A stretch of 64,000 nt of DNA from an uncultured Methanosarcinaceae archaeon. Its GTDB lineage: Archaea; Halobacteriota; Methanosarcinia; Methanosarcinales; Methanosarcinaceae. Position 1 is the first letter of the stretch. The number at the start of each line of letters is the position of its first letter. The notes below the pieces were generated by a model that made no database searches, was not told where the DNA came from, and saw only the letters and a list, made by a program, of their open reading frames with translations. The position numbers were made by a program, and so were the translations under genes. This document shows positions 1-11,122 of the stretch, piece by piece. The DNA lies in contig CAVRJG010000008.1 in the NCBI GenBank assembly GCA_963721455.1, forward strand, positions 1 through 64,000, in the 5' to 3' direction.

Positions 1-1
1 C

Positions 2-379
2 GGTCGCGGCTGGCGGATGATCGATGGGAGCGGATGGTTTTACGTACAGCCCAAGCGGGAGGGTGCCTGCGGGATCTTCCGGGAGAACTGGTCGTTTCAA
101 GACGGTGCAACTTGTCTGAAGTGGATTCGGGAGCGGGCAGAATCACCCGTGGACATGATCGCCTTCGGCCCATCGATCAGCGGTGACGAGGCCGTCCATT
201 GGTGTGAGACATTACGCCCCGCCGGTATGTTCAGCTACCTCGACCACTACGGCTATTGCGGTTCTGCCGCCGCCTGCGGTATCGGCATGTTCGTGAAGAG
301 TTTTCGGGGAAGGTCTTTGCTGCACATCAACCGGAACCAGCGCGGCAATTATGCAGTTCTGGAGGTAGAGGTGTATTAA
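2..379 (+). CDS. Partial hypothetical protein, possibly the C-terminus of a beta-ketoacyl-synthase/chain-length-factor-like protein
   Basis: Frame is open from the window edge to TAA 377-379. Segments DGSGWFYV, DHYGYCGSAAACG and LLHINRN loosely recall KS-CLF C-termini (memory-based, weak). Confidence 0.3.
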   Translation, partial: GRGWRMIDGSGWFYVQPKREGACGIFRENWSFQDGATCLKWIRERAESPVDMIAFGPSISGDEAVHWCETLRPAGMFSYLDHYGYCGSAAACGIGMFVKSFRGRSLLHINRNQRGNYAVLEVEVY

Positions 380-625
380 TTTTCCATTTTAAAGCCAAAG
401 TATTTAGCTTCCTGACAGAAGGCATGCGGAAGTTTTGGCTGATATCCACCCTTTAGTCGGTAATCAATGATGAAAACACATGCAATTATCTTCTTGACTT
501 TCCATATGCATAAGAGCATTCGTCAGTCGTAATTTCTCCCATTCGCTCGGTAAACCCATCAACCTTCCCCTTAACCTTCTGGTGAGTGAAATGAGAAGGT
601 GGGGTTATCAAAAAATGATCATGTG

Positions 626-663
626 AAGCCTCTAAGGGAGTCCAAAAACTCTCTTGGAGGCTT
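626..663. terminator. Intrinsic-terminator-like hairpin
   Basis: AAGCCTCTAAGGGAG ... CTCTCTTGGAGGCTT imperfect inverted repeat followed by a T-rich tract. Confidence 0.4.
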
Positions 664-763
664 TCAGCTGTTTTCCAGTAAATCCCTATAACTATTCGAA
701 AAGAAAATTCTTATTCATTAAAGAGGCAAAAGTTCTGCTTCCCAAAACACAAGGAGGTTCCAA

Positions 764-830
764 ATGTCCAAAGGCTTGAAGATCACGTTTCTCGTCCACG
801 CCATCGTTGCTCTTGTCTTCGGGATCCTGT
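764..830 (+). other. N-terminal fragment of a small bacterial membrane protein, truncated by a junction
   Basis: AAGGAGG Shine-Dalgarno, then ATG MSKGLKITFLVHAIVALVFGILL (hydrophobic, moderate GC). Sequence then switches abruptly to GC-rich LLM coding. Confidence 0.5.
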
Positions 831-1576
831 TGGGCACGGCCATCGTCGTCGCGCCACTGCACCATTCGGTCCAGCTCGCGGAACAAGCGGCAATCGTCGA
901 CATCATCAGCAACGGGCGGCTGCGCGTCGGCCTCGGTGCCGGCTATGCAAAGCGCGAGTTCGACGCAGTCGGCGCGGATCTCGGCACTCGCTACGGCACC
1001 ACCGACCAACGGATACGCGACGTTCGTCACTTGCTCGACGACGACGGCGTCACACCGCGACCGATCCAGCGACCGTTCCCGCTGTGGGCCGGCTATCAGG
1101 GCCCGCAAGGCGCGCGCCGCGCCGGCAAGTTGGGTTGCGGGTTGCTCTCGCTCAATGCCGAGTTGCTCGCGCCCTACCGCGAGGGTTTGGCCGAAGGCGG
1201 CCACGACCCGGCGTCAGCGCGCATGATGGGCTTGCTCGGTGTCATCGTGGCCGACGATCCCGAATCGACCTACGAACGGCTGCTGCCGTACGTGTGTCAT
1301 CAACTCAACACGTACCGGGCCGCGGCGGCCGAAGGGTCGGGTCGCACGCCCAGCGTGATCACGCCCGAGAAACTGCGCGAGGGTCGTTCGAAGCCGGGTG
1401 TGATCCCGCCCATCGAAGTCCTCGACGCGCACGACGCGGTGACGCGGCTACGTGCACTCACCGCCGGTGTGCCCGCCGAAGAGATCTACCTGTGGGCAAG
1501 CATCGCCGGGATGCCCGACGACATCGTGCAGCGCCACGTCGAATTGTTGGCGACGATCAAGCCGCAACTGGCGTAG
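830..1576 (+). CDS. LLM-class flavin-dependent oxidoreductase, 5'-truncated
   Basis: GTAIVVAPLHHSVQLAEQAAIVDIISNGRLRVGLGAGY is the luciferase-like core. The normal N-terminus with the EHH motif is missing. Confidence 0.85.
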   Translation: MGTAIVVAPLHHSVQLAEQAAIVDIISNGRLRVGLGAGYAKREFDAVGADLGTRYGTTDQRIRDVRHLLDDDGVTPRPIQRPFPLWAGYQGPQGARRAGKLGCGLLSLNAELLAPYREGLAEGGHDPASARMMGLLGVIVADDPESTYERLLPYVCHQLNTYRAAAAEGSGRTPSVITPEKLREGRSKPGVIPPIEVLDAHDAVTRLRALTAGVPAEEIYLWASIAGMPDDIVQRHVELLATIKPQLA

Positions 1577-1885
1577 TCAGGACGCGAGCGACTGACCGAC
1601 GCGACGGCGACCGATGATCGGCGTCGTCGGCGAAACCGGCCGACGCACGTTCGGCTTCGGATTCGCCTCCCCAGAAGCCGAGGCTCACGGTTGTCGCGGG
1701 CATAGTCACGACACGGGTCGACCACCGGACAGTTGACGCAAATCGCTCGCGCCTTCGCCTCGCGGCACGCTGCGCCTCGGGTCGCTCGGCAAAGGGAGCG
1801 AAAACAATTCGCTCTGCCCTCGGCAAGCCCCGTGGGGCATCCACTCGGACGGATCGCTATAGACGCGGACGTCAGCGTTCAGCAT
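1557..1885 (-). CDS. whiB: WhiB-family Fe-S transcriptional regulator (frameshifted)
   Basis: Joining frames gives EWMPHGACRGQSELF..APFAERPEA..REAKARAICVNCPVVDPCRDYARDNRE-GFWGGESEAER: four Cys plus the G(F)WGG turn. Confidence 0.85.
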
Positions 1886-1983
1886 TACTGCTCGGCTCCT
1901 CAGCGCTCGCCCACCGCTGCGAGTCACCGAATGTAAAGGGTAGGTAAACAGTCCTACCTTGTGCACGAAACGCGCAATGATTT

Positions 1984-3574
1984 CTAACGGGATGGCCTAT
2001 CTGCCAACGCGATAGACCAGGTCTCAGCACTCTGAGTGGTCGATCGGGCGACGAAACCGCGTTGCGTCTGATTACTTCTCATATCCTGCGATTCCGGTGT
2101 GACCGAAAGGACCAGGCGCGCATCGCGCCGGGCCATTTTGCCTGTCTCGGTCCTGGGCAATTTGGTAACCGCCTCGAATATCGCGGCACTTGATAGGCAG
2201 CAAGTCGATCTCGACACCATTGCCGCAGGTCATCGCCCGTCGCCTCGTCGAGCGCGCTGCCCCGCGCGCAACTGCAACACCGCGGTGATGGCCTCACCCC
2301 ACTCGTCGTCCGGCACACCGACCACGCAGCAGTCGGCCACCGCCGGGTGGGCCAGCAGCACCGCCTCGATCTGGGCGGGGTACACGTTCACGCCCCCGCT
2401 GATGATCACGTCGGCCCGGCGGTCGCACAGGAACAGGAAGCCCTCGTCGTCGAGGTACGCGATGTCGCCCAGGGTGAACCAGCCGTCGCGCACGGCCCCG
2501 GCCGTCTTCTCCGGGTCGTCCTTGTAGTCGAAGTGCTGGCCGTCGCGGAACCACACGTGGCCCTCGACGCCGGCCGGCACCGGGACGCCGTCGTCGTCGA
2601 CGGATCTCGAGGCCGAGGCCCTCGCGGGGCTTGCCCACCGAGCCCGGGTGGGCGCAGCCACGTGGGCGAGTCGATGCTGACCCCGCCGCCCTCGGTGCCG
2701 CCGTAGAACTCGAACAGCACGGGGCCCAGCCACTCGATCATCGCCCGCTTGGTGTCGGGGGCGACCGGTGCCGAGCCGTGGACCACCATCTTCAGCGACG
2801 ACAAGTCGTAGCGGCGGCGGGTCTGCTCCGGCAGGCGCAGGAGGCGCACGAACTGGGTGGGCACCATGAACGTCGAGGTCACCCCGTGCTCCTCGATCGC
2901 CCGCAGCACCCCCTCGGGGTCGAACCGGTCGAGCAGCACCAGGTCGGCGCCGAGCAGCGACGCGCCGTCGGCGTAGGTCAGCGGGCCCGAGTGGTACATC
3001 GGCGTGCACACCAGGTGGCTGCGGTCGGCCGCGTCGCCCAGGCACGCCCGCAGCATCTGCATCCCGCCCCGGCCGATGTTGCCCGGCGGCGGGCCCTCGG
3101 CGGCGGGCGGCGCACGCCCTTGGGTCGGCCCGTGGTGCCCGAGGTGTAGAGCATCGTGTCGAACCGACGAGTCGGCTCGTCGAGCGGCGTCACCGGGCAG
3201 CGGCGTCGACCTCGCTCCAGTCCCGGAACCCGGGGATCGGCACCGCCGACGACGAAGCGCCGCCCGGCGGGCACCAGCTCGGCCGCCGCCGCGGCCAGGT
3301 CGGCGAGGCGGGCCTCCACCACCAGCGACGTCGGCCTCGCAGTTCTCGACCACGTAGGCCACTTCGTCGGCCGACCACCGCCACGACATCGGCGTGAACC
3401 GCCGCCCGGACCACGTCGTGCCCCGATAGACCCACAGGAACTCGACGACGTTGGGGAGTAGCACCGCGACCTTGCCCCGAGGCCCGACGCCGGCCCGATC
3501 GAGGGCGCGCGCGCGAAACGGTTGCCTCCCGCCTGGATCTCTTCGTTGGCGACACGCGTGTGGATGACGGACAT
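1984..3574 (-). CDS. Acyl-CoA synthetase / AMP-binding protein (multiple frameshifts)
   Basis: MLYTSGTTGRPKGV, FYGGTEGG, GWFTLGDIAYLDDEGFLFLCDRRADVIISGGVNVYP and KLPRTETGK, spread over several frames. The 3' end is approximate. Confidence 0.85.
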
Positions 3575-3620
3575 GGCAGCGACATCGTAGGGTGGCGACA
3601 TCACAGAGGGGACGAGAACG

Positions 3621-4484
3621 ATGGCTCGAGCAATGGACGGGATGACCGCGCTGATCACCGGCGGAGGGGGTGGCATCGGGCGCGCGACCGCCGCGGTGTT
3701 GGTGCGCGACGGCGCACACGTGGTCGTGTCAGGTCGCACTGCGTCGAAGCTCGACGCAGTCGTGGCTCGCCACAGCGCCGAAGCCGCGGAAGCCGGCGGT
3801 TCGATCCGCGCCTACGTGTGCGACAACCTCGACGAAGACCAGGTGCGCGCGAGCCATCGACTTCGCGATGGAACCGACGGGGCGACTCGATGCCGCGGTT
3901 GCGGTGCCGGGCGGCGGCGCGATGAAACCGGTGTTGCGCATGTCGGTCGAGATGCTCGAAGAGATCATGCGGCGCAACATCACCTCGATGTACGTGCTGC
4001 TCAAGCATTCGGGTTCGACCATGATTCGCCAGGGCACCGGCGGGTCGTTCGTCGGTGTGTCGTCGATGCAGGGCATCCAGCCGGCCCCGATGTTCGCGGC
4101 GTACTCCGCGGCAAAGGCGGGTCTCGAGATGCTGGTGCGGTGCGCGGCCGAAGAGCTCGGCCGGCACAAGATCCACGTCAACGCGGTACGGCCCAGGCCT
4201 GACGCGCACCGACGCGACCGTCGGGATGTTCGCCGACGACGCCACCGTCGCGCGCCTACATGGAGCAGCAGCCCCTCGATCGCGACGGCGAGGCCGAAGA
4301 CATTGCCGGAGCAATCCGCTACTTCGCCGGGCCGGAGTCGACCTGGACCACGGGCCAATGCCTCACCGTCGACGGTGGCTGCTCATTGCGGCGGTTCCCC
4401 GATCTGACGCCGCTGCACGTCAAGCGCCTCGGCGACGAGCTCGAAAAGCAGCACACGGCATCGTCGACTGATGCTGCATCGTGA
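3621..4484 (+). CDS. Short-chain dehydrogenase/reductase (frameshifted)
   Basis: ITGGGGGIG, YSAAKAG, VNAVRPG and WTTGQCLTVDGG across three frames. Confidence 0.85.
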
Positions 4485-5483
4485 CCGCCGAACCTCCGAT
4501 GTCTCTCGACGGCCCGTACTTCGACGACTTCGTCGTGGGCGAGACGTTGCCGCCGGCGCCGCCGATCACCATCGGCGTCGGCGAGACCGCGCTCTATCAA
4601 GCGATCGCCGGCGATCCCTACACGCTCGCGCTTCTCGCGACCGCTCGTGCACACGGTCACCGGCGACCCCCGACCCATCGTCAACCCCGCGCTCGCGTCT
4701 GCACTTCTCGATCGGACAGAGCACCGTCGCCACACGGCAGCGTGGTGCGCCAACCTCTTCTACCGCGGCGTGATCCTGCACCGACCGGTGAGAGTCGGCG
4801 AGACACTGTCGACGACGGTCACAGTGCGCGGGCTGCGCGAGACCACGCGCAAGGCCGACCGGCCACCGCGAGGCATGGCCTTGCTCGGCATCCACACCGT
4901 CAGCGACAGCGGCGATGTCATCGCCGACTACGAACGCTGCGCGCTCATCCCATTTCGCGATCCCGCTCCCACGGGTCACGCCGACGATCTCGGTCCATCC
5001 GAACACCCGCTCGGCTTCGCCAACTACGCGCCCTATGCCCCCATCGAATGGAATCTCGCGCCACTCGGCGCGCCCTCCGATTGGCAGGTCGACGAAGTGC
5101 GTCTCGATCCGATGCGCGACTCGGTCACCGATGCCCCGGCGCTCGTGCGGCTCACACAGAATCGGCGGCGGTGCACCGCGACGCCCGTCTCGGTCAACAA
5201 GGTCGACGGTTGGTCTACGGCGGCCACACCATCGGGTTGGCGCAGGCCTCGCTGGCGCGCCTGCTGCCGTCACTGGCCCACGTCATCGGCTGGCACAGTT
5301 GCGACCATGTGGGTCCGGTCTTCGAGGACGACGTGTTGTCGTTCTCGAGCGAGTTGACGGCGACACAGCCGTTGGGCGGCGGACGGCTGCTCGCGTTTCG
5401 CCTCCTCGTGCACGCCGAGCGCCGAGGGCCTCGACGCGCCGGTGCCCGTCCTCGACTGGCGCCCGGTCGTCTACACGCCCTAG
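4481..5483 (+). CDS. Double hot-dog MaoC-family acyl-CoA dehydratase (mesaconyl-CoA hydratase-like), frameshifted
   Basis: GPYFDDFVVGETL, ANLFYRGVILHRPVRVGETL, VHRD...RLVYGGHTIG and HVGPVFEDD. GTG start overlaps the SDR stop (GTGA). Confidence 0.75.
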
Positions 5484-5559
5484 CCGGCACCCCGCTCTGC
5501 CGGGGGCCGCTCGGGCCCTGGTAGAGCCACTACCCTTCGGACGACCGAGGGGATGGCCT

Positions 5560-6851
5560 ATGAGCACCGATTCGTTGATCGGGCGCGTCGACGCCCTCGA
5601 GGTCGATCCGCTCGATCTCGTCTCGCCCAAGCGCTACGGGCAGTCCGGTCCCCCGCATGCGCTGTGGCAGATGATGCGCCGCCAGCATCCGGTGCACTGG
5701 TGCGAGCCCGCCGGGCTTCGAGAGCTTCTGGGCGATCACGCGCCACGAGGACATCACCGAGATCTCGAGCCAACCCGACGTCTTCTCCAACGCGCTCGGC
5801 ATCGTCGTGCTCAACGACCAACAGGTCGCAGCGCAAGCACGCAACGACAACCCGCTGCGAACGATGCGCACGATCATCGAGATGGATCCTCCCGACCATC
5901 GCATCTACCGCAAGATCGCCAGCGGATTCTTCACACCGCGCGGCATCGGCGAACTCGACCAGATCGTCACGTCGAGCGCACGCAGGTTGATCGACTCGCT
6001 CGGCGACGAAGGTGAATGCGACTTCATCGACCGCATCGCGCAACGCCATCCGTTGCGGGTGCTCGCCACCATTCTCGGCATCGATCGCGACGACGAGGAA
6101 CGGTTGCTCGAGCTGACACAGCAGTTGTTCGCCAGCGATGACCCCGACTACCAACGAGCCGGCGACGACCGCACCGAAGCCAGCAAGCAGGTCGGCCTCG
6201 AGTTCTACGCGATGTTCGATCGCATCATCAAGGATCGGCGCGCGCATCCCCGAGACGATCTCGCGACGCTGCTCGCCAACACCACGCTCCCCGGCGGCGA
6301 GGCCATGGGCGCGCTCGAGACGTTCGGGTACTACCTGATCGTGTTCACGGCCGGGCACGACACGACCCGCAACGCGCTCGCCGGCGCGCTCGCCGCCTTC
6401 GTCGAACATCCCGCCGAATTGCGCAACGAGTCGGCGCCAGCCTCGCGCTGACCAAACCCGCGGTCGAAGAGATCATCCGGTGGACGACGCCGGTCAACTA
6501 CATGAAACGCACGGCGCTTCGCGACGCCGAAGTGCGGGGCCAGACGATCCGCGAAGGCGAACGCCTGGTGTTGTTCTACGCGGTCGGCCAACCGCGACGA
6601 CGACGGTCTTCGATCGCCCGTTCACCTTCGACGTGACGCGCCATCCCAACCGTCACGTCGGCTTCGGGTGGGCCGAGCATTTCTGCCTCGGCGCGCACCT
6701 CGCGCGTGCGAGCACGCACGCACTCGTGCACGAACTCGCGAGCCGCGTCGAGTCGCTCGAGTTCGCCGGCCCCGTCGCCCAGACCGAATCCAGTTTCGTC
6801 GTCGGCCTGAAGTCGCTACCAGTGCGTTACCGCATTCGCCCCGCGACCTGA
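5560..6851 (+). CDS. Cytochrome P450 (frameshifted)
   Basis: MDPPDH, AGHDTT I-helix, EEIIRW (ExxR) and the heme motif FGWAEHFCLGAHLAR. Confidence 0.9.
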
Positions 6852-6858
6852 GCGTCGG

Positions 6859-8071
6859 TCAGGCGACGACTCCATCGTCGTGCAACGCACCGATCTCGCT
6901 CGCCGATAGACCCAAGATGTCCCCGAGGATCTCGTCGGTGTGCTGGCCGAGCACCGGCGCGGGCGCCGCGGCGATGCGCCCTAGCGGTGCAGGGTCGAGC
7001 GGATGCGCGGCAGCCAGGATGGTGCCGATCCCCGGCTGATCGACCGTGGAGAACAACGGGTTGGCGGTGGAACATCGCGGGTCGTCGCTCACGAGTTGCA
7101 GGAACGATTGGTACGGCCCCCAGACACACACCGTGCGCGTCGAATGCCGTCCGAATCTCGTCGAACGAGCGCGCCGCGCACCATGTGGCGACGAGCGGGT
7201 CGAGTTCCTCGCGGGCGAGGTAGCGATCGCCCTCGATGCGGAAGTCGAGACCGCGCCGTGACCCGATTGCCTGCACCTCGTCGGCGAGCCCGGTCGCGTC
7301 GAGAAGGCTCTTCCACTGGCTGTAGGTGACCGCGACGGCGATCACGCGCCGGCCGTCGCCCGTCGCGAAGTCGCAGCCGAACGCGCCGTACAGATCGTTG
7401 CCGATCCGCGGCCGCTCGCTGCCGTTGACCTGTGCTTCGGCGATGTGGCCCATGGCCGACACGGCCCACAGCGCCACATCCGAGAGCGCGAGCGTGACGA
7501 GTTGGCCGTCGCCCGTTCGATCGCGGTGGCGCAGCGCGGCGACGATGCCGAGCGCGACTTGTTGCCCGCACAGGAAATCCCACGCGGGGAAGACATGGTT
7601 CACCGGCTCGGTCGAATCGGCCGGGCCCGTGACCGACGGATAGCCGACGGCGCAATTGACCGTGTAATCGACCGCCGACGTGCCGTCGTGGTTCCCCATT
7701 ACGTTCAACATGACGAGGTCGGCGCGCTTGTCGCGGAGCCGCTCGTAGGACATCCATCCGCTGGCAGGGAAGTTGGTGAGGAAGATGCCGTTGTCGGGCC
7801 CGGGCGCGCCGATGAGCTCGGTGAGCAACTCTCTGCCTCGGGGTGAGCGCAAGTCGACGGCCAGTGAGCGCTTGCCCTTGTTCAGACCGGCCCAGTAGAT
7901 GCTCGTCCCGTCGGCGCTGAGCGGCCAGCGGCGGTAGTCGAGGCCGCCGCCGATCTGATCGAAACGGATGACGTCGGCACCCAGTTGCGCGAGCGTCATG
8001 CCGCCCGACGGCGCGGCGACGAACGCCGATCCCTCGACGACTCGCACCCCCGACAGCAGGCCTCCGGCCAT
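6859..8071 (-). CDS. mct: Family III CoA-transferase, mesaconyl-CoA C1-C4 transferase (2-methylfumaryl-CoA isomerase)-like; one frameshift
   Basis: VVEGSAFVAAPSGGMTLAQLGADVIRFDQIGGGLDYRRWP...WAGLNKGKRS...VDYTVN closely follows Chloroflexus Mct as I recall it. Confidence 0.8.
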
Positions 8072-8174
8072 CGATCGCTCCGTTCTGCTGGTGATCGAGG
8101 CGCCTATACGACCCCAAATCACCAACAGAACGGAAATCGTTGCGAGAACGGGTGCGAGCCTCCATCCTGTACCC

Positions 8175-8548
8175 ATGACCGATACCCGCTTCGAAGTCCG
8201 CCCATGGGGGTCGTTCACCGTCCTCGACGACGCGGCGACGCACAAGGTCAAGACCCTCACCGTCCATCCGGGCCAGCGGCTCAGCTACCAGCGCCACGAG
8301 CGACGCGCCGAGCATTGGTTCGTGGTGAGCGGCGTCGCCAAAGTGACCGTCGACGACAAAGATCACATGCTGCACCAAGGCGACTACATCGACATCCCCA
8401 CGATGGCGTGGCATCGCATCGAGAATCCGGGCCTCGAACCGCTGGTCTTCGTCGAGGTGCAACACGGGTCGTACTTCGGCGAAGACGACATCGAACGCCG
8501 CTCCGACGACTACGGCCGCGCCGACCGCTCAGACAGCAGGCCAGTTGA
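8175..8548 (+). CDS. Stand-alone cupin, mannose-6-phosphate isomerase type II C-terminal domain
   Basis: RPWGSF, LSYQRHERRAEHW, HRIENPG and EVQHGSYFGEDDIER..DDYGR. No in-frame stop near the expected end, so the end is approximate. Confidence 0.8.
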
Positions 8549-9997
8549 CCGTCTGGATCTCGCTGTAGGCGTAGAGACCGTGCACGCCGCGGTCGCGGCC
8601 GATGCCCGACATCTTGAAGCCGCCGAACGGTGCGTGCATATGCGGTTGCACGCCGTTGACCGCCACGTTGCCGCTCTCGATCTGCTTCGCGATCGACGAG
8701 CCCACGAGCGAGGTCGCCGCAGAAGACGTACGAGAACAGGCCGTAGTCGCTGTCGTTCGCGATGTCGATGGCCTCGTCCTCGTCGTCGAAAGGCACCACG
8801 ACGACGACCGGGCCGAAGAACTCTTCCCGCACCGCTGCGTTGGACGGCGCGCAGTCGGCGAGCAGCGTCGGGTTGTAGAAGTAACCGGGAAGATCCGGAC
8901 GATCGCCGCCGACGACCAACGTCGCCCCTTCGCTGACGCCTTGCTTGACAAGCGCCTCGACCCGACCTCGTTGCATGTCGGTGATGAGTGGCCCGACGAT
9001 CGTGTCGCGCGTCCATCGCGTCGCCGACCTTCAACGAACGCGCGGTCATCGCCAAGGAGATCGACGGTTTGTTGGTAGATGCTGCGATGGCAGATGACCC
9101 GTGTCGGCGCCGTACAGATCTGACCCGCGTGGAACGCCCACACCGACGCGATCGCGGCGACCGCTTGTTGCACGTTGCAGTCGTGGGTCATCACGAGCGC
9201 GCCTTTGCCGCCCAGCTCCATCAGGAGGCGCTTCATGGTCTTGCCGCCCTGCTCGAAGATGCGCGCACCCGACCACCGACGAACCGGTGAAGCTGATCAT
9301 GTCGACGTCTCGGGAATCGACCAGCGCGGAGCCGGCCTCGGGGCCTTGCCGGTGATGATGTTGACGACGCCCGGGAGGAAGGCCCACCTCGTCGAGGATC
9401 TCGCCGAGCTCGAGCAACGCCAGCGGATCTTGCGGCGCGGGTTTGATGACGACGGTGTTGCCCATCGCCAGCGCGGGAGCGATCTTGCCGGCGACGTTGG
9501 TCAGCGGGAAGTTGTAGGGCGTGATGCAGGCGACGACGCCGACCGGCTGGCGGAACATCATCGCGTTCTGCAGACCGGCGGGGCCGAGGGCGGTGGCATT
9601 CATGGCGTACGGGACTTGCGGCTCGTCGACGATGTAGGGCCGGGAGTAGTAGCGGAACCGCTCGACGCTGATCGGCACCTGCATGGACTCGGCCACGTTG
9701 ATCGTCGAGCCGGTCTCGGCCTGCACCAGCGGCACCAGCGCGCCCATGCGCTTCTCGTAGACGTCGGCGATCTTGCCGACCAGCGCGCAACGCTCTTCCA
9801 TCGGCGTGCGCTTCCACTGCTTGAGCGCGGCTTTGGCGGCCGCCGCGGCGTCGGCGGCCTGCGCCACGCTCGCTTCGGGGGCCCGCGCCGACGAGCTTGG
9901 TGGTGTTGGGATCGACGATGTCGTAGGTGTCGGCGGCGGCAACCCATTCGCCGCCGATCAACAGCTTGTACTTCTTGTCGACGTTGTAACCGGACAC
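8529..9997 (-). CDS. Aldehyde dehydrogenase (multiple frameshifts)
   Basis: AGGAGG plus GTG start. Motifs ITPYNFP, SFTGS, MELGGKG, GQICTA, EEFFGPV and PFGGFKMSGIGR. Confidence 0.9.
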
Positions 9998-10115
9998 TGG
10001 GCGCCTCCTGGCGTGGCCGCCCGAAGGGTAACGGTCTGGCGCCAGGACAGGCGCGCGGCACGGCACGCGACAGACTGTCGCCCGTCACCACGACGAACGA
10101 AGGGGGCGACGGACA

Positions 10116-11108
10116 ATGGTCCTGTCGATGATGCGGTTCAACATGATTGCGCCGGGAGTAGATCCCGCGCATCACAGCGCCATGCACAAAGAGATGCTCG
10201 ACATGGCCGAGTACGGAGAGAAACACGGCTTTTCGATCATCAGCACCGAAGAGCACCACGGCGCCGACAACGGCTGGAGCCCCTGCCCCAAGATCTTCGC
10301 CGCATCGATCTTCGGTCGCACCAAGAACATGTTGGTGACGTTCTCGGCGATCCTTCTGCCACTGCACGATCCGCTGCGCATGGCCGAAGACCTCGCGGTG
10401 CTCGACCTCATCAGCGGCGGTCGCACGATCACGATCTTCGGCATGGGCTACCGGCCCGAGGAGTACGAGATGGCCGGCGTCAGCTGGAAGGACCGCGGCA
10501 AGGTCATGGACGAGTGCGTCGACGCCGTGCTCAAAGGATGGACGGGCGAACCGTTCGAGTTCCGTGGGCGCACCGTGCGCGTGACGCCGCGCCCGTTCAC
10601 GCAGCCGCACCCGACGCTGATGTTGGGCGGCACGTCGAAGGCCGCCGTTCGGCGCGCCGCGCGCTTCGGGCTGCCGGTCTCGCTCGCCGCCAACATGCCC
10701 GAACTCGAGACCGTCTACAACGACGAATGCGCGAAGCTCGGCAAGCAAGGCTTCATCTCCATGCCGCCCGCGGGCTTCCACCACATCTGGATCGCGGACG
10801 ATCCTGACGCCGCGTGGGACGAGATCGGCAAGTACCTCCTGCACGAAGCGATGACGTACGGCGCGTGGCAGACCCCCGACATCCGCTCCGCGGTGCACTC
10901 GCACGCATCGACGACGGCCGAACTGCGCGCCGAAGGCATCTACCGCATCATCACGCCCGACGAATGCATCGCCGAGCTGAAGGGCATGGGCGAAGGCGCG
11001 GCCGGGAGCCTGCATCCGTTCTGCGGCGGCATGCCCATCGATACGGCGTGGAAGTACCTGTCGAACTACGTCGAAAAAGTCTTGGGCAAGCTCGCGACCA
11101 CGTCGTGA
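10116..11108 (+). CDS. LLM-class flavin-dependent oxidoreductase
   Basis: Intact 330 aa ORF with EEHH and PLHDPLRMAEDLAVLDLISGGR. Confidence 0.9.
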   Translation: MVLSMMRFNMIAPGVDPAHHSAMHKEMLDMAEYGEKHGFSIISTEEHHGADNGWSPCPKIFAASIFGRTKNMLVTFSAILLPLHDPLRMAEDLAVLDLISGGRTITIFGMGYRPEEYEMAGVSWKDRGKVMDECVDAVLKGWTGEPFEFRGRTVRVTPRPFTQPHPTLMLGGTSKAAVRRAARFGLPVSLAANMPELETVYNDECAKLGKQGFISMPPAGFHHIWIADDPDAAWDEIGKYLLHEAMTYGAWQTPDIRSAVHSHASTTAELRAEGIYRIITPDECIAELKGMGEGAAGSLHPFCGGMPIDTAWKYLSNYVEKVLGKLATTS

Positions 11109-11122
11109 TGCGAGGAGAGGTC

